Shown here piece by piece: positions 1 through 11,950 of a stretch of DNA of 64,000 nt. Position 1 is the stretch's first letter, and the number at the start of each line of letters is the position of its first letter. A model generated the notes under the pieces. The model saw nothing but the letters and a program-made list of their open reading frames with translations. It was not told where the DNA came from and made no database searches. This DNA is from Zootoca vivipara (Eukaryota): assembly GCF_963506605.1 (NCBI RefSeq), contig NC_083283.1, positions 83,762,001-83,826,000 on the forward strand. The letters are read 5' to 3'. The position numbers and the translations under genes are program-made.

Positions 1-839
1 CTGTACTGCCAATAGGCAGACACAGATAATAGAAATGTAATTTGTTGAGATGTGTTATTTCTTCTCCTCACCTGAGAGGGGGGGGGAATCATATGGAATA
101 TTCCTTTCTCTCTTCCCGTTTCTCTTTGATAAGCAATAGGAGCAGATATATATCCAACTGTTCCAGCTCAGGCACATGCCTGAGGCTGTTTATACTGGAA
201 ATATAAGTATTTTGCCTGCATTTATTTTCCTGCTGTTGCTGCTGAGAATGAATGCAGCATTATGACTTTTTCTGTTAAGGATGGAACTTTAAACTTTGCT
301 CAGCCCTACATTTTAAATGAAGTGGTAAGCTGATCTCTTTGTATGTTCAGTGCACACATGGGCACCTGGAGGGATAAACTGCAATTAATGTATCCTCTCC
401 TACCTATTAAAACCCATCTCACATGAAGATCGTGAACCAGACAGCAAATTGTGCATGACATACATACAGGTAGAATAATCTGTACTTCCCTGCTCCATCA
501 CCACTCTCTCTATCTAGAAGAGAAAGGGAGATTCTGAAGGATGGCAATGAGCTGCAGAATCTGAAGTTTTCAGGGAGTGAAAGGTGCGTGTGCCCAGAGT
601 GCTTGTGTCTGATGACAGGGACGAGTGCCGCTTCTGTCCATCTGCTAGCATGCAGGCTGCAAAGGTGGGAGGGAAAAGGCTCTTTGTGGGACTGCAGGTT
701 CCACAAGAGAGGAAGTCTAACTTTAGGGATGGCAGGAGGTTTAATGACATGCTTGTAGCCAGAGGCTTTATGGTGAAGGCTGTAATGGTACAAGGGGCAG
801 TTTGCTTCTCTATCTCTTTCTAGAAACCACAGGAGTGAA

Positions 840-968
840 GAGCACTTGTACTTGGGTGTGTTGGTCTTGCTTTGGGTCTTGGCACAATCAATTGGTTGGT
901 CACAGTGAGAACAGGATGCTTGACTAGATGAGCCATTGGCTTAATACACCAGCCTCTTCTTATGTACT
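840..968 (+). mobile_element. Old CR1-type LINE 3' end fragment
   Basis: ggttggtcacagtgagaacaggatgct...ttcttatg resembles a squamate CR1 3' UTR; the related reverse complement is at ~25635-25665. Confidence 0.4.
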
Positions 969-1780
969 TTTTGCAGAACAGCCAGATCCTGTCTACCTTA
1001 GACAGTCAAATGCTGACTTGGGAGCTCCCCACAAGGACCAGATATTTCCTCGATGATGATCCTTCAGCAGACGTTTGAGATTATTGGTCACTAAATGGCA
1101 CTTGTTGCAGTTCTGTACAACTGTAGGGGGTGGGGAGGCCAAGAGGCCCAGTAGTACCCTTCATTTTGCTCAACTTGAAAAAAATTCCTTGGCTGTGCTA
1201 TTTTTTATATGGATTCTAATTAATACTGTTTTGATTTATTATTTTTAACACTGTTATATTGTTCTAACTTGTCAATATTGCTTGCCACTTTTTATATTTT
1301 TTAGAAGATGGCAGGCAGAATTTCAAAAGAAATTAAAGTAAAGTATTACAATGTTTAAAATTGAATATTTTTGATGAGATCTATGGGTTGTTCTACCAAT
1401 AGCAATCTGAACAATCTTGGCATTCGTTTGTTATTTTTCTATACTCTCATGTAATTGATCTGCTTTGACATGATAGGCAACATTAAAGTGATTTGTTCTC
1501 CCATTCTACTATTGTAGGGGCAAGACAATGTTCTCTAACATGTAGTACCCTGGCCAGCAGAACAGTCCTGTGCATGTTTATTCAGAAGTTCTAAAATGTT
1601 CATTTGGACTTTCTCCATGTATATAGTACTGCAGCCTTAGACTGATGTATATGTATTAGAAACTGTGACATGAACGCACTTGTCAGATTTGGGTTAGCTC
1701 TGGAACACTTTCAATGATATTGGGGACAAAAATACGTAACAATCAAATAGGATTGATATAAGGCGACACATACACAGAGA

Positions 1781-1808
1781 GGGAGGGAGGGAGGGAGGGA
1801 GGGAGGGA
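1781..1808. repeat. (GGGA)n microsatellite
   Basis: Seven GGGA units. Confidence 0.9.
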
Positions 1809-1891
1809 GACCTCTGAAGACTCTAAAAAGATTTTATAAACTCCAAAGAAGGTGAAGATATCTCTATGGGGTCAGCAAAAACAGAGGGCCC

Positions 1892-1960
1892 AAGGTGCTA
1901 CTGAAGGAATTTTTTTATTTTGCTTCGACTCAGACCAACACGGCTACCTACTTGCAACTA
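1892..1960. mobile_element. Penelope-like element fragment
   Basis: aaggtgctactgaaggaatttttt is almost the reverse complement of the start of 10131-10220. Family assignment from memory of squamate Penelope termini. Confidence 0.4.
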
Positions 1961-2343
1961 GAGGGCCCAATGTTAACATTATTTCTGTTTATTGATTCAC
2001 TTGCTGCCTTGATCATTTGAAAGCTTTTGGTCGCTGAGCAAACTAGCAAAGATGGGGAGGAGAATTCCCCTCCTCCCTTTGCCACTTCCAACAGAAAAGG
2101 TTGTTATCTCATTTGATTTTTAAAAGGTGTAATATACCAACTTGTCATTAGCTCAAAGCAGTTCCGTCTTAAATTAGCACATCATGACAAATTATTCACA
2201 GATTTCAATGTTGTAATTCCTATTTCTCTCATCACCTCCACCAAGTGAGAAAGAAGCCCACCCTGAAGCAGAAAAAGTCTTTCAGGACCCCATAGTAGAA
2301 GCAAACAACTAGTGTGAATTTCTAGTGCAACCATTTCAGTATA

Positions 2344-2407
2344 GAGACATGCTAAGAAGCTTACCCAGATATGAGACATGCTAAGAAGCTTACCCAGATA
2401 TGAGACA
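2344..2407. repeat. 29-bp perfect tandem duplication
   Basis: gagacatgctaagaagcttacccagatat x2 plus a partial third copy. Confidence 0.9.
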
Positions 2408-3019
2408 GATACCAAAGAGAACTCAGTTCCAAGACTGTCTAGTTCTACTCTTCAGTCATCTCTCAAAGTGCTTTGGCTGGCCAATATTCATATGCTCTAT
2501 TGACAATGTCAAACTATCATATAAAATACACTTCGGAAGCATACACAGCAGCATAAATATATTTATAAGGCAAGCACAGCACGTAGACTAGGTCTCAGTC
2601 TATATTGCCTCCTGCTTCTGGGCCTCCAAGCTGCTCCCACCCTCACCCCCCCCCCAAATTAAGTGCTTTTTTTTCCTGCCACAGATAGATGGGCTGGAAA
2701 GCTGTTACTTGAAGTTGGACTGGTCCATAGAGCTGATGTAGTGGTAGACTAGCAGAGTGAAATAAGGAAAAATTAAGTAAAGTCTCCTGAGACATACAGT
2801 GAATGATTTGTAAACGGAAGACTAATTCGGAGACAACTATTACAATATGCACTTGAGCTGAGAGATAGTGAAGTTAATCTGATGGAAAGTAAACTGAAAC
2901 ATGGAAAGAGCTTAAGCACAGCAGCAATTTTTAGAAATTATATCTCTCCTCCTGTTGGATTCAGTCTCCAGGTGTAACAGATTACTTTAAGAATGCTATT
3001 AGATCATTAAACACCCCAT

Positions 3020-3187
3020 AAAGGTAAAGGGACCCCTGACCATCAGGTCCAGTCGTGACCGACTCTGGGGTTGTGCGCTCATCTCACATTATTGGCTGAG
3101 GGAGCCAGAGTATAGCTTCCAGGTCATGTGGCCAGCATGACAAAGCCGCTTCTGGCGAACCAGAGCAGCACACGGAAACACCGTTTA
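3020..3187 (-). mobile_element. Sauria SINE, 5'-truncated
   Basis: (ACCTTT)n tail and body aligning with the copies at 9279, 36215, 52306 and 55481. Confidence 0.85.
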
Positions 3188-3589
3188 TCATGCAAAGCAC
3201 CATAGATTTAGGACCAGAGTTTTTCTTCTCCTAGATTAGGTACCTTCCCAGGTTGGCAAGCCCCATCTGCCCCTCACTTCCTTCTACAGCACTTGCAGAA
3301 ACCGCCTTATTGACCATTGGACCAACTATTGGTCTTGTCTGCTCAATCTGCCAGAGCCTGTCTTCACATGCAGGTGACGTCCCTAACTCACTGAGAGTTT
3401 GAGACCCATTGGCTACCCTCACCTGGTTTAGATGGCTAGTTGAAACCGCTTTCTGGGGTGTGCCCACTGTTGCATGCAGAAGGAACACGATTCATACAAA
3501 TCAACTGCAATTCCTTCATAGATACAAAGACACACACATACCTCAACAGCAAAATGAAGCATTGGCAGCAAAATAACATCGCCTCAGCC

Positions 3590-5260
3590 CATCAAAATCT
3601 GAAGGGAAAGGTAAGTTTTTACCTGAAAAGATGTTAACAAAGGACCAGGTGGGCCTCAACAAGGGCAGCGTCCCACCTCAGAAGAAGATCTAAGAGTGTA
3701 GGTGGCTTCCAGAAGCTACTGAGACTCTGAGTCCTAAAGAGCTTTATAGGTCAAAGCAACATTTTAAAACTTTATAGGTCAAAACCAGCATTTTTAATTG
3801 AGCTCTGAATCTAGAACAAATCTAGTTGTAACAGAATTGGTGTTATAGTATCTGTGAGGGAGAGTAGCTACAGACAGCCTCCTCCCATCTTAAGCACAAG
3901 CTCCTCTCCCAGCGCCAGTGGGAGCGGGGAGGGGGATGTCTCCAGCGGGGAATCAGGAAGTAGAGGGAATGGCTCAGGTAGGGTAGCAGAGCCACTGCTC
4001 CGCTTAGGAAAGGAAGTGGGAAGCAGGGAAAGCGCAACCAGAAGACCTCTCCCGCCAACCCCGGAATTGCGCAAAAAGCGACGGGGGCGGAGATTCAATG
4101 TTCCCAGGCTACTTTGTTGGAGGAAAACGCGGGAACCTCCATTCGGAGGTTCTGACCCAGACTGACAACATGTACATAGTACTGACTCTGCACTGTAAAT
4201 AGTTTGCACTGAATAAAAGTATGAAAAGGCAACGTCGTGAGGAGTCGTTACTCTAGAGTAGCCGCTACCGCGCCTGTGACAGTATCTATTCGCCTTGAAG
4301 CTGTCAACAGTTGGGCAGCCACATTCTTTCCTAATAGAAGCTTCCAAATCATTTTCAAAGGCAGCTCCATGTAGAGCACATTGCAATAGTTCAATCTTGT
4401 AGTTACCAGAGAACAGATTACTGCAGCCATATTACCCCTGCTCAGATAGGGTTGTATTTGAGTCACTGGCCTAAATTGGTGAAAGGCACTCCGTGCCACT
4501 AAGGCTAGCTGTGTGTCAAGTGATAAACATAGATCTAGGAGAACTACAAACTACAAACCCTCTGCTTCAAAGTGAGTGTGAACTCATCTAATGTAGGCAA
4601 TGCGCCACTCAGTCAGAGAAGCACACTGCCCCCAATACCATCTCAGTCTTATCTGGAGTAAGCTTCAGTTTATTTGTCCTCATCCAGTCCACTATCACGC
4701 ACAAGAACTGATTCAACACATCCGCTTCCCCATTTGCAGAAGGTGAAAAGGATAACTAGAGCTGCATCATCAGTGCACTCCAAAGCTCCATATGGCCTCA
4801 CTCAGAAGTTTCATGTAGATCTTAACATTGGGGGACAGACCCAACTCGTGTATGACCCTATGAACCCATGAAACCAAGCAATGCCCCACAAGAACCACCT
4901 TCTGGAGTCTGCCATTCAAGCAGAAGCAGAATAATTGGAATGCAATGCCCAAATATCCAGCTCAGGCAGTCGTCTCAGAATGATACCATGGCCAACAATA
5001 TTGAAAACCTCTTAATGATCAAGGAATATCCACACTTCCCCTTGTCTCTTTTATGACACACATCATTGTACAAGGCAACCAAGTTTCCCTATGAAACCCA
5101 GGTCTGAATCCCAACTGAATGGATCTGGAAAATATGGCTCCTCCAACAGTACCTGGATCTGGTTGGCAACCACCCTCTCAAGAACATCTCTCAAGAGACT
5201 GACTCCATCTTGAGTGGGGTATCTCACACAACTGTTTTTCACAGATTTTACAGAGGGCTT
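3590..5260 (-). mobile_element. Decayed L2-clade LINE ORF2 fragment, interrupted by a solo LTR
   Basis: The minus frame reads LVTTRLNYCNVLYMELPLK (L2 'SRLDYCN' motif) and LERVVANQIQ. Boundaries approximate. Confidence 0.7.
3853..4281 (+). mobile_element. Solo LTR (429 bp) with 5-bp TSD
   Basis: TGT...ACA termini, GTATC duplicated at 3848-3852 and 4282-4286, AATAAA at 4212, CpG-rich relative to the host L2. Confidence 0.85.
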
Positions 5261-5735
5261 GTTGTGCCTTGCAAGGCTGGTATGGTGCCCAGTCAATAAA
5301 TGTGTTTTAAAATTTACTTCTGGCCTGTGAACTACTGGGACCAGAGGGCTAGAGGAGGAAACCCAGCTCATAGAGCTTTCATCTTAACATCAGTGTTTTG
5401 TGGCTGGAGCAGCTCTTAGGATTATCATTGTACACTCTCAAACAGCAGCTTGTGTCCATACTACACGTTACAACAGCTGTGGGTAATGTAATTATAGCTA
5501 TTTCTTTGCTACAAAGAACCACTGGGAGCAATGGAGGCACCTCACTTAGCACAACTGGGGCACTGCCTACCCTAAATCTCCAAACCCACCAAAACTATAG
5601 CCCAGTTCCTCCTTTGTTCCTTACATTCCTATTAAATACACTTAGAGACCCTCTGGAATTGTTTTTGCCCATCTACTGTGCAGGCTAATCATCTCTGGGC
5701 CAGGCACAACAATCCCAATGGGACTTTAAAAGGTT

Positions 5736-6547
5736 TGTAAATACTATAATAAATTCCACTAGAAGTGCTTTCTGGAAGGTAGCAGATCCTTCTGAACCTC
5801 CTTCCTTTTACCACTTTCCCCAGTGGATTAAACTACCAACCAATCAGGATTCTCTCAGAAATGCACTGAAACCTCCACAGGGTTTGGGTAGGATTTTAAA
5901 TGACCTTCCCAACCCCATCAGTTGCTTGCATGCATTTCAATCTGAGCCAATCAGATGCATGAATTTGTGGTCCGCCTGTTACTCTCCTCCTCCTTTGTGT
6001 TGCTATTGTTTCACATTTGCAAGGCAGGAAACTAAAACAGGAAACACAATCTTGCCCCCCCCCCTTCTGTGGAAAGCAGCAATATATCTCTTTTGAGTTC
6101 ATGGGTCCGGATTTATTACTGGTATATAAATGTTAAAGGAGAGGAGTGGCAGTAAACTATTTCAAAATCCTATTTGCTGTCATGGGAAGGGAAGAGAAGG
6201 AAATATCAGACCACTCATAGGGAGGAGGGAGTAACCTGGCCTTTTTGTGTACTGCAAAAGTAGGAAGGGTGAGAGGATATTTCTACATTCCCAGAAGTGG
6301 AGAAGAGCTACCTTTTGTGGGGAAGCCAGTCTCTCCAGCTTTCTTAGGACCTCTAAATATCACTAGCATTTTCAACCTTTAGGTTGGATACTCTATACAT
6401 CATGCTGCTAACTTTGTACCGTAAATAAAATTGTCAATATAATACCTATTGTTTTCCTTGGGCCGTTTGAATATGCTTATTAGCATTCTTTCTCTCTGAC
6501 TCATGCAGCCTTCAGAATTAAAGGATCTGGAGATTTTATATGCAACA
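5736..6547 (+). mobile_element. Possible degenerate solo LTR
   Basis: CCAATCAG boxes (~5840, ~5947), TATATAAA (~6123) and AATAAA (~6424) in LTR order, ending TGCAACA. No TSD found and ends uncertain. Confidence 0.35.
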
Positions 6548-7159
6548 TAATTGATTCCAATTGAGGATAAACAGCAATAAATTATTATAATTACAATAAA
6601 AACTTAGCAGAGGTGTCAGGTTTTTTCCTGGGCCAAGGAACAGGCCTTCTGTGATAGGTGAGCTGTGAAAGCAAGAGGCCCCTTGTGAAAACAGACGATT
6701 GCAGTGCCTTAGAGGCTAACAAATTCATTATGACAATCTGATTCTGTGGCTGTCAATATTGCCTCGTTATCCAACCCCGTTAAAAATCAGTATGCTGTGA
6801 TCTACATATTGCACTCTGGTGTTCTAGCCACATATCGAAGTCCTTACAAAGCTATCTGGCTGGTACAGCTAAGGCAAACTAGTTTCATGAGGTCTACAGT
6901 ACATTTGGTAAATTATGTGCCCAATAATCACTTTTGCTAGCCAGTTCCAAGAATTAAGCGCCCAGGAGCAGGGCTAGCCCAAAGCATTCAGCTATCCAAG
7001 GTGAATTAAAACTTTCCCTGTTCTGTCATATCGTATGCTAACCATACAATAGTACAAAAGGCTGCAAATGAGTACTTACTTGTTTGAGAGCAAGCTCCAT
7101 TGAACCTAAGCAAGCATGTACAGGATCAAGGTACATAGCATCAATAGTTGACTGGGATG

Positions 7160-8378
7160 TAATGGAAACAGAAGAGAAACTAAAATTGAAAGAATTTGAA
7201 GAGATCCGAGAACATGTTAATGATTGGTTACAATATTTTCAAGTAAATGAGGGTTTTAAAGAAGACAAAAAGAAAGGATTTAGTTATACTTTATCTAGAT
7301 TTCAAAGAGAAATTGTAGAGGATAATACTAAGTTACTGAAGAAGTTGTACAATTTATTGTTAGTATGGGAAACCAAAGAGGAAGAAGTCAAATGTGTAAT
7401 GATTAAATGGGCACAAGATCTAGGATACAACTTACAAATGAAAGACTGAGGGGAAATTATGGAAAGTTGATTTAAAATTTACCGCATGCACAACTCTGAA
7501 AGAAAACTACATGAAAATGATGTATTGATTGTATTTAACTCCTGATAAACTTGCAAAAATGTATAGAACAAGCTCTAATAAGTGCTGAAAGTGTATGTGG
7601 AGGCTTTTAATGTTTAATAGATTATTTTATTTCATTTTTCTGTTGTAAGCCACTCAGAGTGGCTGGGGAAACCCAGCCAGATGGGAGGGGTATAAATAAT
7701 AAATTATTATTATATATTATTGTTATTATTATAAAAAGTTATTGGGAAACTTGCAGATGTTCAAAATAACTTTTGTTAAAAAACCAGAAGCATTTTTGTT
7801 AGGAATAATAGGATATCAATTACCAAAAGAATGAAAAAATTATTTATGTATGCAACAACAGCGGCTCGGATTTTCCTCAGAAGGACAAGGAGTCTCCAAT
7901 GAAAGAAGAATGGCAAGTCAAGCTTATGGATTATGCAGAAATGGCAAAACTTACGGGAAGAATCAGAGACAATGATAATGAAGACTTTAAAAAAGACTGG
8001 GAACCTTTCATGTTGTATTTATAGAAATATTGCAAAGAAATGGACTCACTAGCAGGGTTTGATTAAACACTTGCAAGTAAGAAAATAAGATCAAAGGTTA
8101 AGAAAGGATAAGATGGAATGAAATTGATTGTAAGATGTAATCATGAAAGAAAATTTGGTACAAAAATGATAAGAAGTTAAGAGCATTAAAGTATAATAAT
8201 ATAAAAATAAGATAACAATTAAGCAGAAGTAGTAAATATTTAAAGAACCAGAAGGGGAAGTTGGAGGAAGTCATGGGGAGGGGGGGAGTTTCTTTTCTTT
8301 TTTTATGACAAATGTTGTGTCGTGTTGATTGATTGCATATAAAATTGTTAAATTCAATAAAATTGCTTTTAAAAAAAT
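7160..8378 (+). mobile_element. L1-clade LINE 3' fragment (ORF2 C-terminus and A-rich 3' UTR)
   Basis: A-rich broken frame (WLQYFQV...MIKWAQDLG...) typical of squamate L1 ORF2 ends, finishing in aataaa and an A-rich tail. Confidence 0.6.
7599..7732 (+). mobile_element. Young LINE (L2-type) 3' tail nested in the L1 fragment
   Basis: cagagtggctggggaaacccagccagatggg...(ATT)n; the same family occurs on the minus strand at 11668 and 45655. Confidence 0.65.
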
Positions 8379-9278
8379 AGTTGGCTGGGATGTTATTTTA
8401 ATGGCTATCTGTCACTACTTCCTCCTGTTGCACCAGAGGAATCCTTATAAAGGAGCTTACATGTTAATCTGTAGCAGCAAAACAAATACATATTCTTATG
8501 ACACCTTAAATATTAACATATTTATTATGGGGAAAGCTTTTGATGAAGCACCTGATGAAATGGACTATTAAGGTTTACGGTACAATAAATGTGTTAGTTT
8601 TTAAGATGCTGCAATAATTTTAAAGTATAAATCAGTATGGAGGTGTAGGTCCTAAGTGGTTTTGGCAGTCCTGCCTATAAAGGTAAAGGTTAAAAATTGC
8701 CATTCGTGTCAGTGGACCATCTTTGAGCTTGTTCTAAAGGTAGGCCGAGGACACTGCATGAGATTCCAGGGCTGGTTAATAAGCACTTAAGCTTTGCATT
8801 GACTAAAATGATGGTTGATGCAATCATGTACATAATTACATAATAAAACAGATAGTAATTTCAATGCACATAATCGCCTGCACACATTATTTGCATAGTG
8901 GAAAACAACAGCAAAACACAGCAAGACCTGCAGCAAGAGCAAACTAAGCATTTGGAACAGTCTTTACAAATTGCAGGCATCCAATTTGAAAGAATAGATT
9001 ACGAATGCCACTCCAATGTCATGACAAATTGGAACCTCAAAACTTTGTTTTGGGGGGTGGGGAGATGGATTCCGAGGCAGACAATTTTGCATGATCAGAT
9101 AAACCTATAGGGGTGGAGTGAATTCAGAGCGATGTAGTTTGGAATGCATCCTATTACGCAGAAGATCAGATAAGCCATATACAGATCCAATGTGTAGACA
9201 TTACAGTGGAACTATTCATCCTTTTGAGCTACTCAATGGCAATTAGAACTCAATTCATGTTTGTTTTTTACTGCATTT

Positions 9279-9615
9279 AAAGGTAAAGGTAAAGGGACCC
9301 CTGACCATTATGTCCAGTTGCGGACGACTCTGGGTTTGCGGCGCTCATCTCGCTTTACTGGCTCCGGGTCATGTGGCCAGCATGACTAAGCCGCTTCTGG
9401 CCAACCAGAGCAGCACACGGAAATGCCATTTACCTTCCCACTTGGAGCGGTACCTATTTATTTACTTGCACTTTGATGTGCTTTCGAACTGCTAGGTGGG
9501 CAGGAGCTGGGACCGAGCAACGGGAGCTCACACCACCGCAGGGATTCGAGCCACCGACCTTCCGATCAGCAAGCCCTAGGCTCTGTGGTTTAACCCACAG
9601 CGCCACCTGCGTCCC
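9279..9615 (-). mobile_element. Sauria SINE, near full length
   Basis: tRNA-like head GGGACGCAGGTGGCGCTGTGG with a B-box-like GGCTCGAATCC, (ACCTTT)n tail, short internal deletion. Confidence 0.9.
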
Positions 9616-10130
9616 ATTTACTACATTTACTTTATTGCAATTATCTCTGCAGTTCCTCAAACAATCATTAAATCAATGCTCTGCTAATCAAGGGATGAAG
9701 TTTGATGTGAGATATGTAACAATACATTTGACAGCACAAATGCCATTAAATTCATACCATAAACGTCTTATGTGATGTTACCTTGCATCCTGAATTCCCT
9801 TTCCTTAATTGCAGGTGGTTGTTTTTAATATATCATACAGATAATTTTCCAGAAAGTCCTTGTATTTCAAAATTAGTACCACAAACTGTGTACTAATAGT
9901 TCATTCAATATCTAACTAGATATCAGCTGTTTTCAACCGATTCCCTGTTTCCTGGCTGTATCATTATGATCAATAACTGACAGTTCATATTGGCTCAACC
10001 CAGAGTTTGGCATCCTTATTTCACCCAGGGCTGGCCCAAAACATTTGGCTGCCAGAGGTGGACCAGCAAATGGCACCTCACATCCTAATAAAGAGAGCTA
10101 GCACCCAAGGCCAACCAAGTTATTTTAAAT

Positions 10131-10220
10131 AAAAAAAATTCCTTCCAGTAGCACCTTAGAGACCAACTAAGTTTGTCATTGGTATGAGCTTTTGTGTGCA
10201 TGCACACTTCTTCAGATACA
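10131..10220. mobile_element. Penelope-like element fragment
   Basis: ccagtagcaccttagagaccaac...gagcttttgtgtgcatgcacacttcttcagatac. Family assignment from memory. Confidence 0.5.
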
Positions 10221-10759
10221 AGTTATTTTAGCAACTGAAGCAAAAAATTCTACAAGCACATTATAGTCAACCTTCCAACATCTTTTGAGAGGCCCTACAG
10301 AAGACCCCCTCCTTCAGTCCCCAAAGTATACGTGCAAATCAACAGTGGTGGTTTTTAAATTTATTTTTAATATTCAGTTAGCAAATCATAAATCAAACAG
10401 CTCCCTCCATCTGTGTGTCTTTGCTTTGGGGCATATTCCCCTTTTACCTTTTATCAAGTACCCCCCCCCCCCGCTTTTTGTTGTACTTTAACAGCTGCTG
10501 GTATTTCTTCAAAAAGGCTCCCAAATGCCTAAGACGTTGTTGCATCCCAATTTGTGTTATGGAAATAAAGCTCAATTAATTTATTTTAATGCTATAGGAT
10601 TTAATGCTACAATGGATTGCAGGGTGGGATACAATAAAACTATATTTAAAATAGCAAATCAGTTGTAATCATGAGAGAGCAGTTAAAATCAATAAATACT
10701 ATCAATGGTAAAAAATAACATAATGGAATCTCCTGCACTCTCAATTGAACAACTTAATG

Positions 10760-11270
10760 AATCTCAAATGCTTGAGTAAAGAACCATGCTTTAAGTTGGC
10801 ATCAAAGCGAAAACTGAGTCAGAAGCTGCCATTCCTTAGAGTGGATCTGATGCTACCATTGAATAGGCTCTCTCTGGTATTGCCACATGGTATTCAACTC
10901 CTGGCAACAGGACACTGAGAAGGGCCTCTCCAGAAGAACTTAGTATTCGGGCAGGGCAATGTAGGGAGACATTCTTTCAAGTACTTAGGCTGCAAGTAAT
11001 TTAGGGCTTCATAAATCGCCACTAACACCTTGATTTCAGACAGGAAGTGCATTGGCAGCCAGTACAGTTCCTTCAGGAACAGCTGGCTGACCCACTTAAC
11101 AACCTGGCAACTGCATTCCATAGTAGCTGAAGCTTCCGTCTTCAAGAGAAACACCACACCAAGTGCATTACAAAAATCCAAGCAGGTGGTTGTCAGAGCA
11201 TGGATTTCTGTGACAAGGCTATCTCTGTCAAGGAATAGCCATTGCTGGTGAGCCAACAGAAACTAGCCAG
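10760..11270 (-). mobile_element. Decayed L2 LINE 3' fragment
   Basis: The minus frame reads IHALTTTCLDFCNAL...LYWLPMHFLSEIKVLVAIYEAL, the L2 ORF2 C-terminus. Confidence 0.7.
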
Positions 11271-11523
11271 ATGGATGAAAGCTAGTAATTTACTAGCAGC
11301 TGAGAAGTGTCAGTTGAGTACCTTAGGGATGGTATATAATGTTGGCCACACACACACACACAAAAACTGAATGGGAACCAAAAGACAAGTCCTTCTAACT
11401 TTCTACCACCAGTGGTGTTAATATTCTTTCAGAGTTGTCCTTACAAATTCATTCTAAGATCCTAACTACATGTTACATTTTTTTTTACAAAAATGCTTTT
11501 TTTGTAAAATATTTTTTGCGATA

Positions 11524-11667
11524 NNNNNNNNNNNNNNNNNNNNNNNNNNNNNNNNNNNNNNNNNNNNNNNNNNNNNNNNNNNNNNNNNNNNNNNNNNNNN
11601 NNNNNNNNNNNNNNNNNNNNNNNNNNNNNNNNNNNNNNNNNNNNNNNNNNNNNNNNNNNNNNNNNNN
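11524..11667. other. Assembly gap (144 N)
   Basis: Run of N next to a LINE 3' tail. Confidence 1.
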
Positions 11668-11950
11668 TGGCTGGGTTTCCCCAGCCACTCTGGGCGGCTT
11701 CCAACAGAAAAATAAAACACAATAATGATTAAACATTAAAAGCCTCCCTGAACAGGGCTGCCTTCAGATGTCTTCTAAAAGTCTGGTAGTTGTTTTTTTC
11801 TTTGACATCTGTTGGGAGGGCGTTCCACAGGGCAGGCGCCACCACCGAGAAGGCCCTCTGCCTAGTTCCCTGCAACTTGGCATCTCGCAACGAGGGAACC
11901 GCCAGAAGGCCCTCGGTGCTGGACCTCAGTGTCCGGGCAGAATGATGGAG
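11668..11950 (-). mobile_element. Young L2-type LINE 3' end
   Basis: Highly similar to 45716-45882. Confidence 0.7.

Noticed and set aside
419-823. Short ORFs near the window start as a Pcdha constant or C-type exon
   Set aside because: No cadherin or constant-region motifs (for example PRQPNPDW) and no recognisable homology.
2344-2407. 29-bp direct repeat as a CRISPR-like array
   Set aside because: Head-to-tail duplication with no spacers, in vertebrate DNA.
3868-4386. 172-aa minus-strand ORF across the LTR
   Set aside because: It is a chimera crossing the L2/LTR junction with a non-ATG start, so it cannot predate the insertion.
11435-11736. ORFs with long X runs
   Set aside because: They span the N gap.
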